DNA of 32,000 nucleotides from positions 2,820,001 through 2,852,000 of the forward strand of contig CP001848.1 of the NCBI GenBank assembly GCA_000025185.1, written 5' to 3'. The stretch comes from Pirellula staleyi DSM 6068 (GTDB lineage: Bacteria > Planctomycetota > Planctomycetia > Pirellulales > Pirellulaceae). A model generated the notes under the pieces. That model did no database searches, was not told where the DNA came from, and saw nothing but the letters and a program-made list of their open reading frames with translations. Below, piece after piece: positions 1 through 8,840 of the stretch; the stretch's first letter is position 1, and each line of letters starts with the position of its first letter. A program made the position numbers and the translations under genes.

Positions 1-27
1 TCGAATCGACCTGAGCAGGAGACCAAC

Positions 28-2169
28 TTAGAGCCAGAACAAGATTTTGGATTGCACCGTTTCGATCAAATCGCAAAGCCAAACGCGAGCGATCGGCTGT
101 CGACCGCAGTAGATCTTGGCGGTCACGGTAGTTTGATCTTGCAAGAGCGGAAGTTCGGACTTGTTAACAGCGACGCGCATCAAAACGCAGTTTCCTTCTT
201 CCCCACGAACTTCTGCCGTGCGCTCGAGTTCGACCATCGTACCGGTGAATCGCTGGCTTGGATGGCTGCTGAGTACGAAGGTTACTTCGAGTGGTGGTCG
301 ACTCGATCCGTCGGGCGTTTGATGCTGGGCGTCGTCGATGTGTAGCAGTCGTCGTTCAGGGACAAGTAGTTCGAGTTCCCACTCGCCATCGGGGTTGGCG
401 AGAGTCATGAGCGATTGCCCACGAATCACGGGGCGGTGCAGCAGCACCTCTTCGACCTTCCAGGTCACCACCTGCCCACGCTGTGGAGCAACGATGGCAA
501 GTAGTTCCTGTTTCTCGCGAAAGAGGGCAATCTCGCGCTCGATGTTGTCTTGCTCTTGCTTTAGTTGCAGCAGTTCGCCTGAGATCCGGTTCTCGTCGGC
601 TGGTGTAAGTCGGGCTTGCATTGCGCCGCTATCGAGCAGCATGCGCTGGTGCGAAGCGATTTGTTCTTGATTGGTGGTTTGCCGGCCGATGAGCGCCGCG
701 AGTTCGACTTCCAAATCGGTGCTGGTGAGTGTCGCGAGTGGCTGACCGCGCTCGACCAACTGGCCATGGCGGACCGGCACTTCGCGCACAATGCCATCGA
801 TCATCGCAAAGACTTCGCGACGCTCGACCGGTTGTAGCTTGCCACGTGCAGCGACTTCAAAATCGGCGGGAATCACGAAGCCCGCGATTACAACCGCAGC
901 GAAGATGGCCAGCACGGCAATGGTTTTCGGGATCGCGCGGGTGCGAACAATCCAGCCACCTCGTCCGAGGGCTTTCCACAATGGAAGCAGCAAGATTTGC
1001 GAATGTTCTTGGCTGTTTTGAAGAGCCGACGATGCATGATGCGCTACGGCCAGTGACGTAGCCCGCAAGGATTCATCGAGTTTGCCGCTCGTCAGATTTT
1101 CGATCACGAGCGCTCCGAGCAACTGCCGCGATTCTTTGGCAATCTCTTGTTCGGGTCGGTCGGTCGTGGCTATTGGCGCGGGGGCATAGAGAGGAACGAT
1201 TGCAACCAGTGCGGCGTGCGAGATGTCGAGGTAGGTGTCGAGTGGTTTTTCGATCTCGGGTGGATATTCTGATGCACCGGCGGCATGCCAGAGTGGTTCG
1301 CGCGTGCGGAGGACCACGTCAATCAGCCGCTCGAGGGATGAAAGTTCAGCAGCGCGTCGATCGACATTGTCGAGTCCACTCACAGCTTCGATTTGAGCGC
1401 GGCGTCCTTGCTGAATCGCAATCGAAACGCGATCGCACTCGATAAGACGGCGACCTTCATTCACCACGGCATACGAGGTAGCACGTGGATCGAGCGAGCG
1501 ATGCACGGCGTCGACGAACTGCTGCAGGAGGTTCCAGCGGCGTTTTTGGACGGAGAGTTGTCGCAGCCGATCGTTGCGGAAGTATTCGGCCGCGATATCG
1601 CTCATCTGCACCAGGAATCGGAGATAGCCGCGCTGTGTGGTGGGAGCTCCTCCAGGACGCTGGAGGATCTCGACCACTGCAACGACTTCTCCCTCGACCA
1701 CGACGCTGGCGAGCACGAGCAGCAGCGAACTCGGGTTACCAGCTTCACTATCGCTTGCGGCACCTGCCTGAGGTGGCACCAAGAGCGACTGCGGCGAATC
1801 CATCAGCTTTTTTAGCAGCAGACCGTGACGCGTTCGCGATTGGGGCGATGCGTCGAACTGACCCGCCTCGAGATTCGATTGATACAGGAGTTTGAGCTTG
1901 CCTGTTTCGCCACGCACCCAGATTGCGCCACCGATCGCTCCCATCGCGGAAATCACGCGGGTGAGGTAGGAGTCGGCAAATGTGTCGTGGGAAATCTCGG
2001 CCTGAGCGAGTGTGGCGATTTCCTGGACCAGCGAGCGGATCTCGTTCTTCATCTCCTGCACGAGGAGCGGCTCGCCACGCACGCCCGGAGCGTCGGCCAA
2101 ACTTCCCAAGGGAAGCGCCGAGCCGGACAGCGAGGTGTCGAGCGAAGGTCCAGTCGCGGGAGGTGTCAT
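28..2169 (-). CDS. HlyD-family periplasmic adaptor (membrane fusion protein) with two N-terminal cytoplasmic GAF-like domains
   Basis: 713-aa ORF with ATG at 2169. Regions at aa ~55-200 and ~215-385 look GAF-like. There is a single TM helix, IPKTIAVLAIFAAVVIAGFVI (nt ~871-930). The C-terminal half has HlyD hallmarks: a lipoyl-like hairpin (GIVREVPVRHGQLVERGQPLATL), a long coiled coil and a beta-barrel segment (RGQVVTWKV...GQSLMTLANP). Confidence 0.8.
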   Translation of the reverse strand: MTPPATGPSLDTSLSGSALPLGSLADAPGVRGEPLLVQEMKNEIRSLVQEIATLAQAEISHDTFADSYLTRVISAMGAIGGAIWVRGETGKLKLLYQSNLEAGQFDASPQSRTRHGLLLKKLMDSPQSLLVPPQAGAASDSEAGNPSSLLLVLASVVVEGEVVAVVEILQRPGGAPTTQRGYLRFLVQMSDIAAEYFRNDRLRQLSVQKRRWNLLQQFVDAVHRSLDPRATSYAVVNEGRRLIECDRVSIAIQQGRRAQIEAVSGLDNVDRRAAELSSLERLIDVVLRTREPLWHAAGASEYPPEIEKPLDTYLDISHAALVAIVPLYAPAPIATTDRPEQEIAKESRQLLGALVIENLTSGKLDESLRATSLAVAHHASSALQNSQEHSQILLLPLWKALGRGGWIVRTRAIPKTIAVLAIFAAVVIAGFVIPADFEVAARGKLQPVERREVFAMIDGIVREVPVRHGQLVERGQPLATLTSTDLEVELAALIGRQTTNQEQIASHQRMLLDSGAMQARLTPADENRISGELLQLKQEQDNIEREIALFREKQELLAIVAPQRGQVVTWKVEEVLLHRPVIRGQSLMTLANPDGEWELELLVPERRLLHIDDAQHQTPDGSSRPPLEVTFVLSSHPSQRFTGTMVELERTAEVRGEEGNCVLMRVAVNKSELPLLQDQTTVTAKIYCGRQPIARVWLCDLIETVQSKILFWL

Positions 2170-2341
2170 CGCACGCTTGCTTGCTAGAGGAAACGCTGCA
2201 CACTCGCACTATTGACCGACACCGAAGGACCTGGCAGGTCGGAGGTTGTCGGCTGATGGCGCGAGGTAAATCGTTCTCTTGTTTTCGGCAAGCGGTGGGG
2301 CGTTACTCCCGTCAAGATTCTCCTAAACGGAAAAGTCGTTA

Positions 2342-2377
2342 CGCTAGCAAGTGTTGAATCGTGAAGAAGTGCTAGCG
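2342..2377 (-). terminator. Possible stem-loop 3' of the TPR/CHAT gene
   Basis: CGCTAGCA (2342-2349) and TGCTAGCG (2370-2377) form a perfect 8-bp inverted repeat with a 20-nt loop, about 62 nt past the stop at 2439. On the minus strand a moderately T-rich stretch (CTTTTCCGTTT) follows. The loop is long, so this is a weak call. Confidence 0.25.
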
Positions 2378-2438
2378 AAACGTTGATTAGAAAGCGAGCC
2401 AGCAAGTCAACTTCCAGGCGATGCTTGAAATCGGATCG

Positions 2439-5400
2439 CTACTTCGCTTCTGGTTTCCCTTCGAAACCGGCCCCCGGTGCTGGAGCAGGTGGGACATCGC
2501 CGATGCGAGGGCCGATCGGGCCGTCGGCTGGTTCAGGCATCGGCTCTTTCTTCGGAGCTTCGCCAGGAACACCGATCGCCGCGGCAGCATCTTTCTCCTC
2601 GGCTGGCGGAGGTGGTGGAGCCTTCTTCTCTTCGGCTGGCGCGGGGCGAGCTACCGCATCAACCGGGTCGCTGGGGACTCCGGGCTGACTGGCGGTATCG
2701 ACAAGCATGTACCCACCCCAAAAGAATGGATGATCGGCTGGCAGGTCGGACGCAGCAGTAGTGCTTTTGAGACGCGGCTCGGCTGCTGGATCGAGTCGAC
2801 CTGCACGGAACAGCTGAACGCTTCGTCGCCATGCTTCACTGGCCGATGCGTGAGGAAGTTCCTGCACATACTCACGCACGAGTGCTTGTGTGCTTTGACC
2901 ACCGACTCGCCAGCGGCTTAGGAGCAAACTGCGCGATCCGCTCGACAGGAGCCCCATCACCGAGAGGAACACTTCGTCCCCTGTGCCACCCCGTTTGAGG
3001 GCATACTCGGCCGGCGTGTGATAGCCCGGAATGATCACTTCATCGGGACCAGCAAAGGGGAGCATCATCCAGTCGCTGAGCGTGCTGAGTGGCTTACCAC
3101 GATCGAGTTGTAGCGGCGACCACTCGAGCGGACCCTTAGAGGGTTCGTCGATATCGCCGTAGAGAATGAGTCGGTCGATGGTGGCTGAGAGTGTTCCACC
3201 TGGAGCGACAACCGGTGTCGGCAAGGTGGTGCTGCCCGGGATCGCTCCGAGAATGGCAGCGCTGTTGCTCTGTACTATCGCTTCGTCTTCGCGCGGGATC
3301 ATGCGCCCCACGATGACGGCTGTGCGCGAGAGCGGCTTCTTGCCGCGACCATCAGGGAGTACCAGCGACATCATCGGGGTGTAGCGAATCGCTGCGGTCG
3401 TCGCGAGCGACTGCGTGGTCTTTCCGTCGGCCAGCGGAATTTGGAGTGCTTCGAACGGGACATACCAGAGTGGACCATCCGGAACGACGACCACTTCGCG
3501 ATACTTGGCCCAATCCTCAGCTTTCGCGTTGTTGGTTAGCTGCTTCAGGATTTTGGCGGCAGGTACTTTCCACGCTTCACTAGCGATCGCGCTAGGATCG
3601 ACAGGCTGTGTGCGATCGTAGTTGCCGATCAGCCGCAGCATTTCTGCTGTATCGAGTCGCACCTTGGCGGGCGTTTCGACAACAAATGTTGCGTACTTAT
3701 CTTTCGTGAATGCAAAGGCATAAACATTTCGGCTCGTTTGCAGATAGACGAGCACCAGCACACCATCGGCGAGCGCACCTTGCACTTCGCGAACCGTTCG
3801 AATGGGTGGAAATGCAAACTCACTTGGCACTCGTTCGAGCGAAACTTGTTCGAGCAAAAGTTCTTCAGCAGTCGAGAGCTTCGCGAGTTCGAGAAGTAAA
3901 GCTGCTTGCTGTTTACGTTGTTCTTGGTCTTCCGTGGCAAGTGGCAGGGCATCGAGAGCCGCTTTGGTTCTGGCAACCTGCTTTGTGAGCTCTGCCAAGA
4001 TGGGATACCGAACCTGCAGGTCTTGCTTTTGCAGCACTGCTGTTTGCGAGAGCATCTCTTGCGGTGCTTCGAGAATCCAACGGAGCGCATGGACCCGGCC
4101 ACCGAGTGTCAGAGCCGAGAAAAAGCGATGTCGACGGATACGGTCGGCAATTTCAATCGCGCGCTCTTGTTCTTTGCGCAGCAACACGAGCTCGAGCCAA
4201 TGTTCGTAGGGGAGAGGATGCGGAGTGCTGAGCATCGCGAGCGTATCGAGAGGATCGTGCGAAAAATCAATCGCATTCGGCTCACGCAGCAGCTGCGTGT
4301 AGAGAATGTCGCCGATACGCTCCGTTACTCCGCCAGCAGCGATGGTGCGATCGGCCAGCGCGATATGAAACAGCCATTTCGACGCAACTTGTTGGTAGGC
4401 GAGTGCGGCAGCCAGAGGCTGTTTGGCAGCTGTCGGGTTGCCTGCTCGCAGGAAGATTTTGGCAGCTTGGTAGTTCAGTCGCGCACCACCGGCACCATTG
4501 GCCATTTCAGCACGTGCCATTTCGCGACGTGCCTGCGCTATGGCATCCGCAGCTCCGGCAGCATCGCCAGCGTAGTCGAGTGTTTCCGCGAGGCTGGTGA
4601 GGACCGTGATGTTCATCATCCGAATTCGTTTTTGCTTCGCCCAGCCTGAAGCTGCGGCGAGTCCCGCCATCGGCCCCTTTTGTCCCGAGACAACGTGTGT
4701 CACCGCAGCGTAGCGAAATGCTTCTTCCATCACTTCGTAGCGATCGAAGTAGGCCGCTGAAAAAGTCGCTTCCGAGAACATCGTTAAAGCGACGTCGTAC
4801 TTCCCTTGCTCGAAAGCGAGTTTGCCAAGTTCAAGAAGGGCGAGGCAGGTGAGTGGATGATCGAAAGTTCCACCAGCGAGAATTGCTTTTTGTAGTTCTG
4901 AAACCGCTTGCGGAATTTTGCCTGCGGCGGCGTAGGCCAGACCGAGTTCGAGCTCGATCCAGCACTGCGCCCAATGATTAGGAGGTCCTGGTCGACGCGA
5001 GAGAGCATCGACGAGCTGCGCCGTGAGAGGGTCGTGCTCGCTTACGGGGCCCATCAATTCGCGGCGACGCGAAAGAGCCACTGCCGTGCAGCGAACCACC
5101 TCTGAAACATGCACCGGATAGAGGATCGGCGGCGATACGACGCCACCTTTTTGTACCACCTGATCGTTGTCGAGGCGGCCTTGCATGCTTTGGAACTTGT
5201 CGGGGAAGTGACCGATCGGCGCAGTACGTGTGCTAACGCCCCAGGTGATGTTGGTGTTGAGGTTTTGTTCGCGATCGATGTTGGCTGGAAAATCGACACG
5301 CAGCATCCAGTCGCGATGCGCTAGATACAGCTGCAGCGCTGAACTGTACTGGTCCAGTGCCGAAGCGTTATCTCCCATGTGATAGTACGACTCGCCGAGC

Positions 5401-5681
5401 ATCGTGTGATAGCAAATGCTGTCGATCCAGCGTCCCTCGGTACTCTTCACGCCACTTTTGGCGGAGTCGCGAAAGTTTTTGGCAGCGGTCGCAAAATCGC
5501 CATCCCAGAATGCACCGAACGAGAAGAAATAGCCGTCGTGGGGGGCCGACTTCGAACGCCCCTGAGCGCATAGTGTCGGGACGATGCTCAGTGTGAGCGC
5601 GACTACAGCAGCCGCGATCAGCAGTCGCTTGCCAAGGAGCTTGCACATTTGCATCGGGTGGGTGGTTGTCGACAAGTTCAT
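2439..5681 (-). CDS. Secreted TPR-repeat / CHAT-like domain protein with a Pro/Ala/Lys/Glu-rich C-terminal tail
   Basis: Long ORF (the track gives 2439..5729 with a TTG start). I prefer ATG 5681, which has a GAAGG about 9 nt upstream; ATG 5654 is also possible. A Sec signal follows (KLLGKRLLIAAAVVALTLSIVPTLCAQG). The N-terminal two thirds are helical and TPR-like. The C-terminal part carries CHAT hallmarks: VVVVPDGPLWYVPFEAL, SGSRSLLLSRWRV and the terminal HPFFWGGYMLVD. The last ~85 aa are low complexity (PAPAEEKKAPPPPPAEEK...). Confidence 0.75.
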   Translation of the reverse strand: MNLSTTTHPMQMCKLLGKRLLIAAAVVALTLSIVPTLCAQGRSKSAPHDGYFFSFGAFWDGDFATAAKNFRDSAKSGVKSTEGRWIDSICYHTMLGESYYHMGDNASALDQYSSALQLYLAHRDWMLRVDFPANIDREQNLNTNITWGVSTRTAPIGHFPDKFQSMQGRLDNDQVVQKGGVVSPPILYPVHVSEVVRCTAVALSRRRELMGPVSEHDPLTAQLVDALSRRPGPPNHWAQCWIELELGLAYAAAGKIPQAVSELQKAILAGGTFDHPLTCLALLELGKLAFEQGKYDVALTMFSEATFSAAYFDRYEVMEEAFRYAAVTHVVSGQKGPMAGLAAASGWAKQKRIRMMNITVLTSLAETLDYAGDAAGAADAIAQARREMARAEMANGAGGARLNYQAAKIFLRAGNPTAAKQPLAAALAYQQVASKWLFHIALADRTIAAGGVTERIGDILYTQLLREPNAIDFSHDPLDTLAMLSTPHPLPYEHWLELVLLRKEQERAIEIADRIRRHRFFSALTLGGRVHALRWILEAPQEMLSQTAVLQKQDLQVRYPILAELTKQVARTKAALDALPLATEDQEQRKQQAALLLELAKLSTAEELLLEQVSLERVPSEFAFPPIRTVREVQGALADGVLVLVYLQTSRNVYAFAFTKDKYATFVVETPAKVRLDTAEMLRLIGNYDRTQPVDPSAIASEAWKVPAAKILKQLTNNAKAEDWAKYREVVVVPDGPLWYVPFEALQIPLADGKTTQSLATTAAIRYTPMMSLVLPDGRGKKPLSRTAVIVGRMIPREDEAIVQSNSAAILGAIPGSTTLPTPVVAPGGTLSATIDRLILYGDIDEPSKGPLEWSPLQLDRGKPLSTLSDWMMLPFAGPDEVIIPGYHTPAEYALKRGGTGDEVFLSVMGLLSSGSRSLLLSRWRVGGQSTQALVREYVQELPHASASEAWRRSVQLFRAGRLDPAAEPRLKSTTAASDLPADHPFFWGGYMLVDTASQPGVPSDPVDAVARPAPAEEKKAPPPPPAEEKDAAAAIGVPGEAPKKEPMPEPADGPIGPRIGDVPPAPAPGAGFEGKPEAK

Positions 5682-5958
5682 CGATGCCGCCTTCTGCCGC
5701 TGGATTCGTCGCAAGTCTCGAGAATTCAAGACCTGTAGAACATGGAGAACACCAATCGTCTGCTTCGGCCATCACGCCTGCGGCTAGCGCCGGCGCGCAA
5801 GCCTAGCGGCGATCCGTGAGAGGTCAATTGTACGGCGCGTGCTGTCGCCTCGTCCAAAAGTTTTGCTCGCCCGAGTGACGAACTTCAGCTTTAGTAGGAC
5901 GAATCGCGCCAGGTGTTACGATCCGAAAGGCCCGATTTCTCGCGGATTTACATGCGAT

Positions 5959-5974
5959 TGTGAAAATCGTAACA
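5959..5974. promoter_or_regulatory. CRP/FNR-like box, 9 of 10 half-site positions (TGTGAAAATCGTAACA)
   Basis: TGTGA-N6-TAACA lies 24 nt 3' of the lutA stop and ~278 nt upstream of the TPR/CHAT start. It shares TTGTGAAAA with the perfect box at 12368-12383. Confidence 0.25.
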
Positions 5975-5998
5975 AGCGACCACCGAAGTAAAGATTTT

Positions 5999-6715
5999 TC
6001 ACCGTCGATCGAGTAGTTCCGCGATATGCACCACTTCGACAGGGTGTCCCTCACGATGCAACCGTCCCCCGATGTTCATCAAACAGCCGGTGTCGGTGGA
6101 GACAACAATGTCGGCTTGCGATTGCAAGATCGCCCGCACCTTGTCGTCGACCATATTCCCGGATACTTGGGGGTAGCGAACGGCGAACGAACCACCAAAG
6201 CCGCAACACTGATCTTCATGATAGAGCGGCACCACCTTGGCACCACTCACATGCGAGACCAACGTGGGAAGTTCGTGCTGCTGTCCTAGCAATCGCAAGT
6301 GGCAGGCAAAGTGACAGGCTACTTGGCCATTGAACTTCGCGCCGACATCAGTCACTTGCAATCGATTCACTAGGAAGTCGGTTAGTTCAAACGTTTTGCT
6401 GGCGAGTGCAGCGGCTCTTGGTCCCCAAACAGCGTCGTGCTCAAAGAGGTGGGGATACTCTTTTTTCACCATCGCCGCGCAGCTGCCGCTGGGAACGACA
6501 ATCGTTTCGCACTTTTCAAAAACTTCGATCGTGTGACGCGCCACTTCACGAGCCTGATCGCTATAACCGCTGTTGAACATCGGTTGGCCACAGCAAGTTT
6601 GAGCGCGTGGAAAATCGAGCGTGTGTCCCAGCCTCTTCAGCAGCTTCACGGTCGCCTCACCTGCGGCAGGTCGGAACATATCTCCGAGGCAGGTGATCAT
6701 GAGCGAGAGTTTCAT
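5999..6715 (-). CDS. lutA: Lactate utilization protein A (LutA/YkgE-type cysteine-rich CCG-domain Fe-S oxidoreductase subunit)
   Basis: 238-aa ORF that matches my recollection of E. coli YkgE along its whole length. Shared segments include MKLSLMITCLGD, CCGQPMFNSGY, VPSGSCAAMV, DQCCGFGGSFAV and TGCLMNIGGRL...VVHIAELL. Confidence 0.9.
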   Translation of the reverse strand: MKLSLMITCLGDMFRPAAGEATVKLLKRLGHTLDFPRAQTCCGQPMFNSGYSDQAREVARHTIEVFEKCETIVVPSGSCAAMVKKEYPHLFEHDAVWGPRAAALASKTFELTDFLVNRLQVTDVGAKFNGQVACHFACHLRLLGQQHELPTLVSHVSGAKVVPLYHEDQCCGFGGSFAVRYPQVSGNMVDDKVRAILQSQADIVVSTDTGCLMNIGGRLHREGHPVEVVHIAELLDRR

Positions 6716-6777
6716 CGAAGTAACTTCAGCAAGTTGCCAGCGGAATAGGAGGGGCGAGAGCAGAGGGGATTAAGCAA

Positions 6778-8043
6778 CTACACATGGTCGGGCAAATTGC
6801 CGACCTCATCGAAGGGGAGAGGACGAGGTTCAGTCAGAATTGTGAGATCGGCCCGAGTTTGTGCCTCTTCGTAGTAGACTTCGCTACACTCGAGTTCCGC
6901 GACTTCCAGCGTGTTGTGAATCCACATCAGCTTGGCATTTTCCGGCGGAGTAAGTCCAATCGTGGGGAGAGCTGCGTCGAGAATTTCTCGATCGGTCGAG
7001 TAGTCGAGCGGCAACATGGCAGCGGTAGGGTGCCCACCGGTTAAGCAATTAATCCGTGTGATTTTTTGGTCGAGTTTCTCGATGACTCGGCTGCGACAAA
7101 ACTCTGAAATTCCGACGCCGGTTCCGTTGCCGTGCGTCTCTTCGGTGAGATCGCGGATGGCGATCCGCTTCACCTTGGGCCATTCATGTTCCCACGCCAC
7201 GTGATCGTTGTACTTGCGGCCGATCACATTCGTGTCCATTCCCGCGCCACTGATGTTCTTGCCGATCTGGTCAACGAGCAGCAAATCACAAACGGGGAAT
7301 GGCAAACGAGGAATCCAGGCCTTAGCCAGCACCAGCAGTTCTTTCTCGCGATCCTCGAAATGCTGCGGCGCAATCGCCTCGATCTTGGCTGTTTCGTCAA
7401 ATGCGTTCTCGACAATCGCCACGCCAGCTGCGATTCGACATTTGGCCAGCACTTCACGCGCAACACTTCGCAAAATTTGGCCGAAGCTGTAGTTCATGAT
7501 CGCGCGGTGATAGATCTTCGCGCCACTATGCTTGCCGAGACCGATCAGCATCATCTTCATCAAGCCACTCTCGATATCACCGACAAAGCCGGTGTGTGGC
7601 TTAATGCGTCCCACCACAATCACATGGTCGGCTCCAAATGCATGGCGATCGAAGTGGACCGGAAAGCCTTCAGCCGCTTGGCAGACGATCACCGTCTCCA
7701 TGCTCGAGCGAATTTCACACCCGAGGAATTCTTCGGTTATGCCGTATCCCTCGATGAGTCCTCGCTGCCCCTCGGCGGTTCCTCCACCATGACTTCCCAT
7801 GGCGGGGACTATGAAGGGGATCGCTCCCAAACTGCGAACATGGTCGACAATCGACTTGATGATCCATTTGATGTTGGCAATTCCGCGACTACCCGCCGTG
7901 ATCGCCACCGAACTTCCCGGCTGTATGGTCTGGCCGAGCCCGAGCTTTTGGAGTTCGGCTGTAGTGGTGCCAGGCACATCCTCGATACGCGTCGCATCAA
8001 AAGCTTGACGAACCCGAAAGATGCGGGGATACGAAGAATCCAT
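6778..8043 (-). CDS. LarA-like / DUF2088 (lactate racemase N-terminal domain) family protein, divergent
   Basis: ORF 6778..8061 has a TTG start; I prefer the in-frame ATG at 8043. The layout resembles the LarA N-domain: VAITAGSRGIAN, then GAIPFIVPAMGSHGGGT, then VVGRIKPHTGFVGDIESGLMKMMLIGLGKHSGAKIYH. The canonical LarA SDHTRP and GGRK motifs are not conserved. The family assignment is from memory of the LarA sequence only. Confidence 0.55.
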   Translation of the reverse strand: MDSSYPRIFRVRQAFDATRIEDVPGTTTAELQKLGLGQTIQPGSSVAITAGSRGIANIKWIIKSIVDHVRSLGAIPFIVPAMGSHGGGTAEGQRGLIEGYGITEEFLGCEIRSSMETVIVCQAAEGFPVHFDRHAFGADHVIVVGRIKPHTGFVGDIESGLMKMMLIGLGKHSGAKIYHRAIMNYSFGQILRSVAREVLAKCRIAAGVAIVENAFDETAKIEAIAPQHFEDREKELLVLAKAWIPRLPFPVCDLLLVDQIGKNISGAGMDTNVIGRKYNDHVAWEHEWPKVKRIAIRDLTEETHGNGTGVGISEFCRSRVIEKLDQKITRINCLTGGHPTAAMLPLDYSTDREILDAALPTIGLTPPENAKLMWIHNTLEVAELECSEVYYEEAQTRADLTILTEPRPLPFDEVGNLPDHV

Positions 8044-8217
8044 AGCGGGCCACGATTTCAAGGCATGAGCGGGGAGGTAGATGCCACAATCCCTCGCATT
8101 CTACCCGCGCAGCAAGTCGCTCGCGACCGTTTCCAGCGCTGCAGTATTACTTAAGTAGCACAGCCTATGAGAGAGGATGCGCAAGACCGTTGATAAGCTG
8201 TTTCGGTCGCAAGCCAC

Positions 8218-8499
8218 TTAGGCTGCGAGTCGATTGGGAACCATCATCGGCGCTGTTTCGGCAGCAATCGAGGGCTCGACCTTGCGAATGGTGGTTCCGC
8301 TTGAGGTATAGAACTTCAGCACGTTCTCCTCGACAAACCAGACGGCGTGTCCCCCATCGGTGGTGAACCGACGGCCGCAGTAGTGCCCCGCGCGAATCAA
8401 AATCGATTCTTCGAACGTGTCGCCACTCTTGAGACCGAGTTGACTGAAGGTCTCGGCGACAAGCTCGCGAACTCGCTGGGTTAGGACCGCGTGGTGCAT
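8218..8499 (-). CDS. Hypothetical small protein (93 aa)
   Basis: ATG-initiated ORF with ordinary protein-like composition (…ILIRAGHYCGRRFTTDGGHAVWFVEENVLKFY…). The overlapping 8165..8512 frame is Arg-rich and looks like junk. Confidence 0.55.
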   Translation of the reverse strand: MHHAVLTQRVRELVAETFSQLGLKSGDTFEESILIRAGHYCGRRFTTDGGHAVWFVEENVLKFYTSSGTTIRKVEPSIAAETAPMMVPNRLAA

Positions 8500-8539
8500 G
8501 CCTGTTTCTCAATCAACGCAAAGGGAACCGACCTGCTCC

Positions 8540-8554
8540 CTGGAAATGTTCCAG
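8540..8554. promoter_or_regulatory. 15-bp palindrome CTGGAA-ATG-TTCCAG in a divergent intergenic region
   Basis: Perfect 6-bp arms with a 3-nt spacer, ~41 nt upstream of the 8499 start codon. It is immediately followed by GGAGGAGG (8557-8564). Confidence 0.25.
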
Positions 8555-8840
8555 CTGGAGGAGGAATAACGATGCTATCGGCTGTAATGTCTCGCTAGTT
8601 CACCCCTCATCGTCAGTACCGCCAAAGTTTGCCTATCCTGCCCATGTCAAACCTGCAGGGGTGGGTAAGAGCTACGGTGTGCCGAGCGTAAGCTCTTGCG
8701 GCCAGGGCATGGAGGCCGAATCAAAGCCAGTGACAGTGCTGGCAACGCTTTCCGGGCCCCATCGCTTTAGCCGGAGATGCTGTTGCTGCGGTTCCCCCCA
8801 TGCCACGCCGCTGGCAGCACAGAATGTAAGGAGAGGTGCC

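Noticed and set aside
3906-4649. 247-aa plus-strand ORF, plus several 60-160-aa ORFs between 2380 and 5790
   Set aside because: They are antisense to, or out of frame with, the 1096-aa TPR/CHAT ORF. They have junk-like composition and no start-site support.
7132-8154. 340-aa plus-strand ORF
   Set aside because: It is entirely antisense to the LarA-like gene. Its composition is Arg/His/Leu-rich with no motifs. This is the typical shadow ORF of a GC-rich gene.
8661-8840. N-terminal extension of the 8661..9056 ORF (GTG start)
   Set aside because: The segment is Cys/Arg/Ser-rich (…RRCCCCGSPHATPL…) with no ribosome-binding site. The internal ATG at 8841 has a strong AAGGAGAGG upstream.
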